Part shown: piece by piece, positions 37,801 to 49,161 of the stretch
Numbering within the stretch: position 1 is the first letter of the stretch
Layout of the letters: the number at the start of each line of letters is the position of its first letter
From: Amoebophrya sp. A120
Taxonomy: Eukaryota > Protista > Dinoflagellata
Length of the DNA stretch: 64,000 bases
Direction of reading: 5' to 3'
NCBI GenBank assembly: GCA_905178155.1
Contig: CAJINV010000009.1
Span: 3,785,556-3,849,555 of the forward strand
Position numbers and translations under genes: made by a program
Notes under the pieces: model-generated
The model's database searches: none
What the model saw: only the letters and a program-made list of their open reading frames with translations
What the model was told of the DNA's origin: nothing

Positions 37801-38752
37801 GTCGGGAACCGAATGAACGCCGGAACGGTAAGGGGCAACAGTAGAGGATTCAACATCGACTCATTGCACAAGTTCGGCGAGTTAAAGAACGTCGAGGGAA
37901 ACCGCACGTTGCTCTCCTTCTGTCTCGAGTTTGTCTCCAATTCTGTGATGCCGAGTAGCGAAGTTGCGGAAAACAACGTGAGTATGACCGGTGTAACGAC
38001 AAACTCATCTTCAAACAACACTGCTACTGCGAACAAGCCGAACCCCTTCCACGAGGTGACCCAGTGGCGCAAGAAAATTCAGCTCGGGAAGCGGGTTTGC
38101 CTAGACGAAATTCACAAAAAGATCGAGGAGCTGAAAGAAGAAGCGAAGCTTTGCTCGCAGGACTGCTACCAGGAGGCGGAGCGGAACCCGGACGTGACGA
38201 CGATCAACAGCTCGCCCCTGCTGAGAATAGCCGCGGACGTGGTGATATGAAATGCAAAAGTGTCTGGGTCTGGAAACTTGTGATGCTATAATGTGCATGA
38301 TGAAAACGCAACGCTCTCGAATGCAGTCCGGCATGACTACTTCCCAAAGCGCTTTCTCATAGGCGATCGGCATGAGAAGCTGCGTTTTTGCATGACAAAA
38401 GAGGCTGCGACTTTTGTTGGTTACTTATGCAATACAGATTTTCTACCTAGGTATGGAAAACTACCATTACAAGTTCCAACATTCCAGACCCAGACACTTT
38501 TACAATCCATAGGTGAAATACGCCGGGGAGTGTCAGCAGCTGGACGACTGCTTGCAGCAGGTAAGGGAAACTTATGTGAAGACGCTGAAGTATTACGCAG
38601 TGAAGGTGCAGGAAGGTGTGGGTGGAGGTGGAAATGGTTCTTCAGAGAACAGTCCCAGTAACGCAGTGCAGCTCCCCCCGGGAGAGGATTTCTTGCACCC
38701 CTTTGACGAATTGTTCGGACAAATTTTAACGATTCAAAAACGGGGGTATTGA
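31896..38752 (+). CDS. Formin (FH2-domain protein)
   Basis: FH2 hallmarks KLRPVFWSQM, SLWAKL, ILDSKRNQHLSIVFKQL, EQYF and LLVGNRMNAGTVRGNSRGFNIDSLHKF. Long coiled coil upstream. Five introners plus GT-AG introns 36482-36633 and 37197-37373. Confidence 0.88.
32781..32925. mobile_element. Introner family B
   Basis: 145 bp; DR TCAGC/TCAGC. Confidence 0.9.
32964..33122. mobile_element. Introner family B, opposite orientation to 32781-32925
   Basis: 159 bp; DR CAAAC/CAAAC. Confidence 0.9.
33452..33601. mobile_element. Introner family B
   Basis: 150 bp; DR ACAGA/ACAGA. Confidence 0.9.
37532..37794. mobile_element. Introner family C (right end TG instead of TA)
   Basis: 263 bp; DR CTCTT/CTCTT; sits just before the FH2 GNxMN motif. 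Confidence 0.88.
38246..38511. mobile_element. Introner family C
   Basis: 266 bp; DR GGTGA/GGTGA. Confidence 0.9.
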
Positions 38753-40014
38753 TGAGGGGGATAGCCATAGCGATAGAAAGTCTTCGTCACATCGTGCGGG
38801 ACTTGTTCCGCGTGCAAGATGTTAGTGCACCTGGCGACCGCGTAGCTAGAGCTACTAGACAGACATGAATACTTACTATCTGGATGCGATTGTTAGTGTT
38901 AGTCGCTCTCGCTCTCTATTGGCGAATGCGACAGCAAAGAAAAGAACGCGCTAGATTAATTCGGTTTATTTTTACAGTAAAGACAGCAGGTACTTCTAGT
39001 ACTAGCAGCTACTATTTACGACGGCATTAACTATTAAAGCAAACAACTATGTTGATGTACCAAAACAATTTTACTCGGACTTAGCAGCAGGCTTCTACAA
39101 GCAATATTCAGAAACACCACTGTAACAAATTGCAATCAGTATGATTTCGGATTATCATCTATCACCACTAGTAGTAAAGCAGAAGAACTGTAACTGACCT
39201 CTAAGACCACTTACCTTGAAGATGCAACAGCTAAAAGACCGCGCGGGAGGAAAAAGGAAACGGCTGGGAAATGGAATAGCATCATATCTGTCGGCGTTGT
39301 TTTGTGACCACCTCATTTCTCACCGTCCGGCTGGCACTTCAAAAACTTTCAAATTTTGGCGACACTAAATGACGGCGCAAGTGCTTCAAGGAAGAGGAAT
39401 TAGTAAAAACCAGTTTCCCGCCTTGTAATGGGCGTCCGGACCCTTCCGCTGACCCTCAGGTGTTGAGGAGCTCACCCCTCTTCGGGCAATCTCCGCTCGG
39501 AATGAGGATGTAGTTGCCAGGTTCGAGCCCCGGTTTGCTGTAATAGAACAATGACCTCCGAAAGCACAGGCTTTGCCCACGAGAGATCATGAGGGGACAT
39601 TGTGATGAATGGACGCAGCTGCATGCTGTGGTCGAGTTTCTTGATGTACCTGCTCAGCGTGTAGAACCTAGCTTTAGAACACTTCTTCTGATGAAGAAAA
39701 AGAAAGACTTAAATCAACTCCCGAGCGAGGTTGGTCTTCTTTTGAGAAGATTCTTGCAACCACCAGCATAAACAAGTAAAACATCGCTGACTACTTTTTG
39801 AGCAATAAGAATAATGGCTTCGACCACGACCTGACCATGGCGTGTCGTGGTCGAAAGAAATTGCACAATGAAGATCTCCTGACGTCTCCTGTTTCGCCAC
39901 CGTGCTGCTTCTGCACCGGTGGGTAGGCGCGGACACAGCAGCACATATTTTCACGTAGTTTTTCTTCCCTCCACCCCTGTACTGTTCGTTTTCTCCCCCT
40001 CCGCACCGCCCACC

Positions 40015-43000
40015 ATGCCGACGGGTGTGATGAAGGGTCTAACCGTGTTTGTCGCGGACATTCGGAATTGTCCCGACAAACAAGCGGAGGAAAAACGGGT
40101 AGAGAAAGAACTGCAGAAAATCCGCCAGAAGTTCAACCAACCGAAAACGCTCTCCGGCTACGACCGGAAGAAATACGTGTGGAAACTGCTCTACGCGTTC
40201 ATGCTGGGGTACGAAATCGACTTCGGCAGGATACTATGCATTACAAAGGTATCGTACTAGTATAAATTGCATTACGAATTTTTTCAAGAAGAAAAATGGA
40301 ATTTGTAATACTGATTTACCTAAAAAGGGATGTTTGTCATGCATGATAGCAATTACCACGGTACGAGTGCGATACTTTTGCACAGGATAGATACAAGCGG
40401 TCAACCTCTGCTCCTGCAGCAAGTACAGCGAAAAATCGGCGGGGTATTTGGCTTATGAATTGCAAAAGTATCGTACTCGTATAAATGCATTACAAATTAT
40501 TTCCTCAGCGTGAGAGATAAAATTTGTTATGCTGATTTCCCTCACGAGAAAGATTTGTAATGCATGACTGCAATTATACGAGTGCCGTGCGATACTTTTG
40601 CACAGGATATGGCCTGCTCTTTACTCCTAACAGAAAACGACGATTTGCTGCGCTTAACGGTGAACGTAATCAGAAATGATCTCTCGATGGCGATGTCGGT
40701 GTTGGCGAAACGAGCGATGGGCGAGCCGCCGGGAGGGGGCGTGACAAAACCGGGGGCAAGCGGTGGACCAGGTGGCTCGGGAGCCGGTGGATCCTCTTCT
40801 TCCGGCGGGATGCTTTCCTCCGCAATGAAATCTGGCGCGAACGTTTTGTCGACCACAACCGGAGGTTTGGTCGGGTCCTCCGCCGCGATCACTTCCATCG
40901 ACCAGCAGGCAGAGCCGATCGCGGCATTGGCTTTGAATCTTGTCGGGAACATCGGCGGCGCGGAGTTCGCGGAGAACCTCTTCGGGGATGTGTGCAAGCT
41001 CGTCTCGCCGAACATCTCGGCGTATTTGAAACGGAAAGCGCTGATTTGCCTGCTGCGGCTATACCAGTCCGATCCGACTTCGATCGAACAGAGCGGGCTG
41101 TGGCTGCAGAGGTTTAAGGAGGTAAGAGATAGTAGTACCCCTGATGTTGGCCATGTTCTTGTCCACGTGATTCTGACTTTGACATGCACAATTGACAGTG
41201 AACGTGAAGTGGCGAAGCATTTATGTGATAATATACAGCGAGCATTACAAGTTGAAGGAAAAAACGACATCCCAATTATATCAGATCCTCCGCGAGCGTG
41301 ACATAGGCGTTCTTCTTTCCGCCCTTGGCCTGCTCATTGGCATCTTCGAACGCGAGCAAAATCAAGCCAGCTCTGTACATCAATCCCAAGGCCAACTTGG
41401 AGGAAATAGCCAGAACCTCGGCGCCTACTACTGGATCGAGCTCGTCCCGTCTCTCGTCACGATCCTGCAACGGATTTACCACGAACCGAATTTCATCCTG
41501 GTTCACCATCACTACTACTCGGTGAAAGCGCCCTGGCTGCAGATCAAAGTGCTGAAGCTTCTGCAGTACTTCCCGTTTTCCCGGAAAGACGTGTTGCGGA
41601 AAAACGTGGCATTTTACGGCAGTGATCAAGACGGCGCGTCGAGCTACAGCAACCAAGTTGTAGACCAGCAGCAGCAGAACATGATTTCCATTTCCGCGCT
41701 GCTCCAAACAGTTCTGGTCCCCTTGATCGAGCGGGTCGTTTCCTTAGGAGAGCAGACATACCAGCAGTTTGGGCAAAACCTCCCACAAACATCCAATCCA
41801 ACCTCCTCTCGCACCTTCGCCATGCCGCAGAACGCAGCGAACGACAGACGGGCGCAGAGGAAGGCGGAGGCGGAGAGGCTGAACATGACGAACGCGAGTA
41901 ACTCTGTCGTGTTAGAGGGGTTTCATTTACTTGTCCATCTAGTCCCGACAAGAATCTTTGAGCAACAGAACGAATTTGTCATACCGGAGCCGTTGATCGA
42001 TCGCAGTTGTCAGCTGCTTGGGATTTATCTTCAAGCTAGGGAAGCGAACTTGCGGTACCTCGGGTTGATGACCTTGTCGAAACTGACGTTGATTCTGCTC
42101 AGGGAAAGGAGGCTGGAGATGGAGCAGAAAAGGTTTTTACAAGATCTGGACCGGAAGTACCGAAACGTGATTCTGGCGCAAATGCGGGAAGCGGACATTT
42201 CCGTGAGACGGCAGGCATTACATCTTCTGTACGCGATTTGCACGGTGGAGAACTGGCAGCAGATTGTTGATGAGTTACTCGACGTGTTGATGAACAGTCT
42301 GAAAAGTGGAACAGGACCGGGTAGCACAACCAGCAGCTCCGCTATCCAGGAAGAAGCATCCATCCACATCCAATTTGTCATGCAAAACACGTATAAAGTC
42401 CTGCGTTTGTCATGCAAAAAATCGATGGGAGTGGGCTTTTTTTTTCTTTGGATATCCACGATGATGAAGCAGTCAACCTTGTCTGACCTCGGCCTCGCGT
42501 CCTCCACGTTGAAAGAGGACATCGTGCTGCGCGTCGCGATATTGGCGGAAAGGTTTTCCGGCGCTGATCTGTCCTGGTACATCGACGTGATTTTCAAAAT
42601 GCTCGAGTACGCACCTGAGTCGGTGTATGAAAGCCTCAGAATGGAAATCCTCAAAGTGGAAATGGTTTGTGATGCATGAAATGCGACGCAAAAAAGACTG
42701 TATTGCAGAGGACGCAATGGAGGCCGACTATTGTCCTGCTAGGGGTGAAGAATAGTCGCGCTACTTAGCATGACAGAAGGGCACCCCTTTGCCTTAACCT
42801 GCATGACAGACATGCTTTAAGTACCCGGGAAATTTGTCATGCGCCGACTACAAATGCCGCCTCAACTGTAGTCGTTTTTTTGCATTACAAATTATTTTCA
42901 CTTTGAGGATTTCCAACCTGAGGCTTTCATACGGTGGACGAAGCCGTGTGGCACCGGGCCGTGCAAGTGGTCGGGGCGAAGCCAAAGAGTAACGACAGCA

Positions 43001-45914
43001 GTGGGCAGCAGAAGCAGATCGAATTGCAGAAATACGCTGCGGAGAAGGCATATTACTGCCTGTGCAGCAGTTTGAGCACGGCAAATAGTGGGGGCGGTTA
43101 TCAAATGTAAAAATATCTGGGTCTGGAAGATTCTGAGACTTGTCATGCATATTTCGGATCACGCAAGTGGCGTCTGATGCAGGCAAAAGCATCACAGTTT
43201 TTGAGCAAGCCTCATGATGCCTGTCCCGCATGAGAAACTTCCTACTTGCGTGCCAAGAAATGGACAGCTTTTGGCGCTCATGCAACACAAATCTTTGTGT
43301 GTTCCAGAGTTTGCATCACAAGTTCCAACCCTCCCAGACCCAGACATTTTTACATTTGATAGCGGTGGTGGAAGTAGCTCGTCCACCGCCGTGGTGCCGA
43401 GTGGAGGAGTATCAACTGTAAAAGTGTCTGGGTCTGGAAGAATGCAACTTGTGACGCTAAATCTGAAGCACGCAATAATCTGTGTTGCATGCTTACCAAA
43501 AGTCGTCCAGTTTTGGCCAAGTCGGGAGGGAGTTTCTCATGCAGGATAGGCATAAGAGAGAGCGCAAAGAATGATCTGTCATGTTAGGTCCTGCATTACA
43601 GACCTCATGGGTCAGGAAAAAGCTGCATGACAAATCGCGCATTCTTCCAGACCCAGACACTTTTACACTTGATAAGGAGAAGGTGGGACGAAAGACGGAC
43701 CGCCAGGGTCAGCTTCTGCAAGCAGACCAGGGAGTGCGGATGCAGCTGGACCTCCAGGGTCGTCAGCGGCAGCCGCTTCAAGCTTCAATCAGAACAGCAA
43801 GAATTCCTCCCTCGGCTCCCCTTTAATCAAGCTCGGTGCGTATTTACTCGGGGAATTCGGGCACGAAGCGAACATCTCGTCTCAAAAGCAGTTTCTGATT
43901 CTCCACCGACACTACTTGAACCACATACAGGCCTTGCAGAACTACGAATCAAATTTCACACTAACGTCGACAGCCGAGAGACGGAACTACAGCAACAAGT
44001 CTTTGTTAATCTCCGTCATAAGCTCTCTGCTACTCGCGTTCGCTAAACTCCTAAACGCGGAACTGTTAGAAGAGGAGCAAGGGGAGAAACGGACGAGAAC
44101 GGCGAACGAGATTCTGCAGATTTTCAAAAATCTGTCAGCGTCCACGGAATTGGAACTGCAGCAAAGAGCTTGCGAATTCTTAGTGCTCTGCGAACACACG
44201 AAAACGATGGAAAATTGTTTATCCATGATGCCGGCGTACGATTTGACTGGGGAGACGAGTGGGAAAGTGAACCCGTTGCTGAACCGGATAAGTGTAGCTA
44301 CTGTATGAAATGCAAAAGTAGCCTACTAGTATAAATTGCATTACAAATTTTCGCAAGAGGAAAAGTGGAACTTCTAACGCCGTTTCACCTTTGGAGGGAG
44401 ATTTGTCATGCATATTTGCAATTTTTAGTACGAGTGCGATACTTTTGCGCAGGATATACTGGCGGCGTTAACAATATTTCCGGAGCGGGTGGAGCGGTGA
44501 GCAGTAGCGCTTTGGACCAGAATCTGCAGCAGTTCACGAGGCCAGTCGGAGAGGAGTTGTCTTCCGGGAGGAGTCCTGCTGCTGGGGCGAGGGTAGCAGG
44601 AGCTGCGGCTCCATCCCAACCAGGGGGAGGTAGCGACCAACAAAATCAGCTGCAAATAGTCCCTGTGAACAAGAAACAACAAGACTCGTCCGACGAGGAT
44701 AATTCAGACTCCGATTCCAGCGACGATTCCGAAGACTCAGACAGCGATGCGTCAAAGAACAAGTTCCCGCAGCCGCGGGTCTTGTGGCAGCAACTCTGTA
44801 TCGAGCAGAAGGGGACGTTTTACGCATCGGGGTCGCTGCAGCTGGCGCTGAAGCACGAATACAGAAAAGAGCAGGGCAGGGTCGCGATACACTTTCAGAA
44901 CAGCTCGAATAATAGCGGGCTGAAGGCAAAGCAGATTTCAAATTTGGTGATCGACTTGGAATCGTCGGCGGATGGCGGGTCCAGCGGGGATAGTGCACCG
45001 CTGAAAATTACGCAGATCACGACGCAGGTATGAAGAAATTCGCTGAAGTTATTTTTCGATGCTGTGCGCAACAGAAGTAAAAGTAATCCACGATCTTGTA
45101 AACGTAAACCACAAATTCTAGACGTTGCAGCTATATCATACATCATCATGTGCGTTTATTTTATTATTTCGCCATCAACTTCCATCAGGTAAAACGTCAG
45201 CTCGCGCCAGGCGACTCTTTCACCCACTACGTCACCTTGGAGTTGCAAAAGCCCTTCCTGCAGCCGCTCAAGTATCGGGTTAGTTATGAGGAGCAGGCCG
45301 CCGATTCAGTAGATTCATCCGGGAACAAGCAGAAGAGAAGTTTGCCGCTCATGTTTCCGGCCATTCTCACGAAATTTTGCACGCCCATGACAGAAATCAC
45401 GTTTCTAAAGCAGTGGTCAGAGCTGTCCGGGAGGGAGCATATGGTGGTCGGTTTGCGGGCGGCGAAAAACGCGAACGATAAGTCGGTTGAGGAATTACTG
45501 AAGGCCTGCAACATACACATTGTCAGCGCGGTACTGTGGTGTACTTGATGACGCTCGTTGTCAGCAGCTTCGTTTGTTTTTTCGTGTGATAAGTTAGTAC
45601 GTTGATTCTGATTGCTCATACATTCATAAGTTTGTGTTCGTGTAGATTCATGATAAACATCATGCTAACGGAAAGAAGTAGCTACACGCTTCTGCATGGT
45701 AAAGTCTGGATTTCTTCACAATCGAAATTTCCCCCAGGTCGGGCAACTGTACTGCGGCGCGTGTACCCTCCATCTCTCCGGCAATCGACAGATCATCATC
45801 GTGTCGAAATTTGAGATGGCCAGTTTCAAGATCACGGTGAGGGCAGCGGACCTGCAGGTAGCGAAAACTTTGGCGCAGATTTATTCCAGCTACCTGCTGG
45901 AGGGCGGGAAGTGA
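40015..45914 (+). CDS. AP2A: AP-2 adaptor complex subunit alpha (alpha-adaptin)
   Basis: MKGLTVFVADIRNC..EEKRVEKELQKIRQKF..LSGYDRKKYVWKLLY; KAPWLQIKVLKLLQYFP; NLRYLGL; DISVRRQALHLLYAIC; LIKLGAYLLGEFGH; ELQQRACEF; C-terminal appendage. Seven introners plus GT-AG introns 41122-41284, 45028-45188 and 45531-45737. Confidence 0.95.
40235..40389. mobile_element. Introner family B in AP2A
   Basis: 155 bp; DR GATAC/GATAC. Confidence 0.9.
40454..40609. mobile_element. Introner family B in AP2A
   Basis: 156 bp; DR TGGCT/TGGCC. Confidence 0.9.
42343..42454. mobile_element. Introner family F (TATCCAGGAAGAAGCATCCATCCACATCC), in frame and stop-free
   Basis: 112 bp; DR TCCGC/TCCAC; uninterrupted relative of 55576-58213. 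Confidence 0.85.
42626..42931. mobile_element. Introner family G (TIR TATGAAAGCCTCAG..GGAAATCCTCAAAGTG), A-related
   Basis: 306 bp; DR CGGTG/CGGTG; rejoins PESV|DEAVWHRAVQVV. Confidence 0.9.
43099..43361. mobile_element. Introner family C
   Basis: 263 bp; DR GCGGT/GCGGT. Confidence 0.92.
43410..43674. mobile_element. Introner family C
   Basis: 265 bp; DR AGGAG/AGGAG. Confidence 0.92.
44304..44456. mobile_element. Introner family B
   Basis: 153 bp; DR TACTG/TACTG. Confidence 0.9.
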
Positions 45915-46780
45915 TAAAGCTGCTGTCCAGCCCGGATGAGGCGGCCAAGGTGAAATTTTTCAGCTGCCCTTAGCGCCACTGTACACTGCGTTGGTTTTGC
46001 TTTTGGAGAAACTACTAGCACACACCACGCTGATGTCTACTAGTAAGTTGGACCACCAAGAAGAAAATTTCAATTACGAAACAAAAAGGATTGACACACA
46101 CATTACTTTCTTGTTTAAACTTTACCATCACGTCGAGAAGTTCTGAATACTTTGCTTGTTGTCGAAAAGCTCGTCGAAGTACCGATTGTATTTACTTTTG
46201 CATCTGTTTTTCTTGCATGTACTTAGAGGATCTGTCAACTTGTTGTTGGGAGGTCGTGATGATCCTCGCATCTGCTTCTGTTTTTCATGTAACGAAGCGC
46301 ACAAGGAAGGAGTTAATATTGCATTGGTGAATTATGTGCATTCACCTGTCGTATGCGACGAGTGCGACAACTGTTTAGGTGTCACCTTCCTGTTACACAC
46401 AGTGTCCTCTTTTTTTCCTCCGACCTGTTCCCCAGCGCCCTGCTTTTTTCAGAAGAGAAACAAAGAGGACGAGAGACGTAGTTTCCTTCTTTGTCGCCAG
46501 ATGGCGCGGGGCTGGCCCTCCTTCGGTTCTTTTGTTGTACAATCATCATGCATCTTGGAGATGCACAAGCACATTCAGATTCAATTTTTTTCGCGAGCGG
46601 CTCCTTCAAGGCCATGAGATAAGCATACAGACCTTCCAGATTCAGACCCCCTTTCGCTCGACTAGGAAAGAACGTCAGCAATTTCCCATTCCCCAGCAGA
46701 AAATATCACACCGTCGAAGTACTAGAGGGACAAAGCTACTACATTCTTTGCACCACCGAGAGAGAAAGCAAGACAACAAG

Positions 46781-47999
46781 ATGGCCGACGCAATTTTCGC
46801 CCAGATCCAGAAGGCGGTGGAAACCGATGGCGAGAAGCTCGTGAAGTCCTATTCTGATTAAAAACGTCCCCACCCCATAGTTGTCATGCAATTCCGCATG
46901 CCAAAGAAAAAAGTTTCTCATGCGGAGCCCTATGCGAAGCGTTTTCTGTTCGTGTTTTGGAACTTGTGATGCTAGAATCAGCATTCTATGCTAGATCTGT
47001 GATGCTTCTTAACTAGCTAAACAGGATTACACTACGCGGACAAACTTGTCATGCCAAACAAGCAAAGCTGGCTGATTTGTCTAGCAGATTCCCCATCTTG
47101 ACTCTGGTGTGGGGACGTTTTTACACAGGATAAGTCCGCCAAGGCAGTCTTCTGCTTCAAGATCAAGGAGGGAAATACCTGGCTGGTGGACCTGAAGAAC
47201 GGGAAGGGTACTTGTTTTTGTTGAGTGATTTTGTCATGCCAGCCATGCAGAGCATTACGAGTTTGTCATGCATGATCCCAAGAACATAATGAAACCCAGG
47301 TTCCGTTACTAAGGGCGAGGGAAAAGCGGACTGCACGATTACCATCGGCGATGCGGACCTCGTTATCAACTGCAAATATGTCTGGGTCTGGGAAAGTAGA
47401 ACTTGTCATGCGTGTCTTGCATTCCTAGAAAATCTGTGTTGCGTGAGCAGCAGAAGAGCCGCTGCCTTTTGTCATGCAAAAACGCAATTTGTAATGCGTG
47501 CTAGACATCAGAGAGCGTTTCAAAAACTTGTCATGCTTGGCTGCCATTGCAAGCATAGCAATCAGCAGCAAATCAGCATCACAGGTTTCCAGACAGCGAC
47601 ATATTTGAACTGCATACTCGTCGCGATGGCCGCCGGCAAGTTGAACGGGATGCAGGCTTTCATGCAGGGAAAGATGATATCAAATGTAAAAATGTCTGGG
47701 TCTGGAAACTTGTCATGCTGGGTGGCGTTTCATGATGAGGCCAGAGATGCTGGCTCAGCATCACAAGTTTCTGAGCTCCTAGGTGTTGCCTATTCTGCAT
47801 GACAAAGTGCGTTTCTGCATCACAGAAAAATGGAGCTCTTGGGCACCTTGCATGACAGATTTAAGAGTCATGCCAGACAAGCATGACAAACATGCATTCT
47901 TCCAGACCCAGACATTTTTACATTTGATAGATGAAGATTGCCGGTAACATGGGCCTGGCGCAGAAGCTGCAGGGGATTTTTGCCAGCTTGAAGAAGTAA
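46781..47999 (+). CDS. SCP2: Stand-alone sterol carrier protein 2 (SCP2) domain protein, 107 aa
   Basis: Exons 46781-46849, 47138-47207, 47300-47363, 47622-47677 and 47935-47999 total 324 nt and give [61 protein letters not shown], a typical SCP2 signature. Confidence 0.93.
46850..47132. mobile_element. Introner family I (TIR TAT.CTG..TAAAAACGTCCCCAC)
   Basis: 283 bp; DR AGTCC/AGTCC; in SCP2. Confidence 0.9.
47364..47616. mobile_element. Introner family C
   Basis: 253 bp; DR CTCGT/CTCGT; in SCP2. Confidence 0.9.
47678..47929. mobile_element. Introner family C
   Basis: 252 bp; DR GATGA/GATGA; in SCP2. Confidence 0.92.
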
Positions 48000-49161
48000 G
48001 AATGAAAGATGAAGCTGCTACCCCCATTGTAGCACGCCGTGGTCCTCGACGAGATAGATTTGCGCCATTTTCTCGGTCGTGACAAAATTCAAATTTTCCG
48101 TAGCAGGAGGCAGCATCCTGTTCTCCTTGCCTCCTGTGTCCGAAATTTATCTTTCATGATTGCAGCAAAGAATAGCATCAACTTTTTGATGGTTTTGTAA
48201 TTCCGAGCGATGTACTAGTATTGTTCAAGAAAGTTGCACAAAAATACAAAGACATATTTTTCATCCGGATGATCGCCCCGTGTCATGCTGAAGCGAGAGC
48301 AGCGACCTAAATCACAGACACATGTACCAGCACACGCACGATAACTTTAACAACTTTTTGGGGAACGACATATAATTCACTTTTCCTAACAGCAATGCTA
48401 ATGCAGGATTAGCATCTTGTTGCGGAGGTACGGATACTTCTGCACCTGCACCCATGCATTATTAGTCGTACTCCTGTACTTCTAGTTCAGATAGTGTTCT
48501 TCATCTCTTCCAGCACATCGAGTTACGTCGCCGTTATTTGCTGCGAAATTGAAAATCAATCGGTCAGTGGAGTGACAGTAGCACCGCCGTAATTGAGGAC
48601 GTTTTTGATGTCGGTACCGTGCACCATAGATGCAGCTATTCGTTCTTAGAAAAGTTGCAAATTCGGTATCGTGCAAGAAAACTCCAACTCGTGCGTTGAC
48701 ATCGTATAACTATAACCCACGAAGAAAAAACCTTTCGTCGGTTCTTTGTGCTGCTCTGGACGGCGTACATCATTCAAGTCGTGCGTCGTTGTATCGCGGA
48801 ATAACTGGTCCTTCTTCTATAATTGATCTGACGTATCACTAGCAGTTGAAATTTTCAGACCTGCTAGCGCCGCCTCCATCTTAAGTATAATTCTCTCACC
48901 GTCACTCTTCAGGACCATTTTTCCCCAATTATTTTGGCCTCTTGTCTTCAACATTTTCTTGTGATCTACACTTACAGTATGTTTTCGCATCAACCTACAG
49001 CGCCTAGAAATCTGTTCTAAAGTCAATCGCAATCAACTACAGTTTTCCCCCGTACAACAGCTTGATTACGTAAGCTGCTGTCTGAAAAAGTTTGAGTAGA
49101 AAAGAACCGGCTCACGGCTTTTCAACTACATCACCCTGAACCCACCGCAGTAGAAATAAAA

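Noticed and set aside
43099-43674. CRISPR-like ~30-bp repeats with spacers
   Set aside because: The repeats are inverted pairs bounding homologous interiors, the context is eukaryotic, and there are no cas genes.
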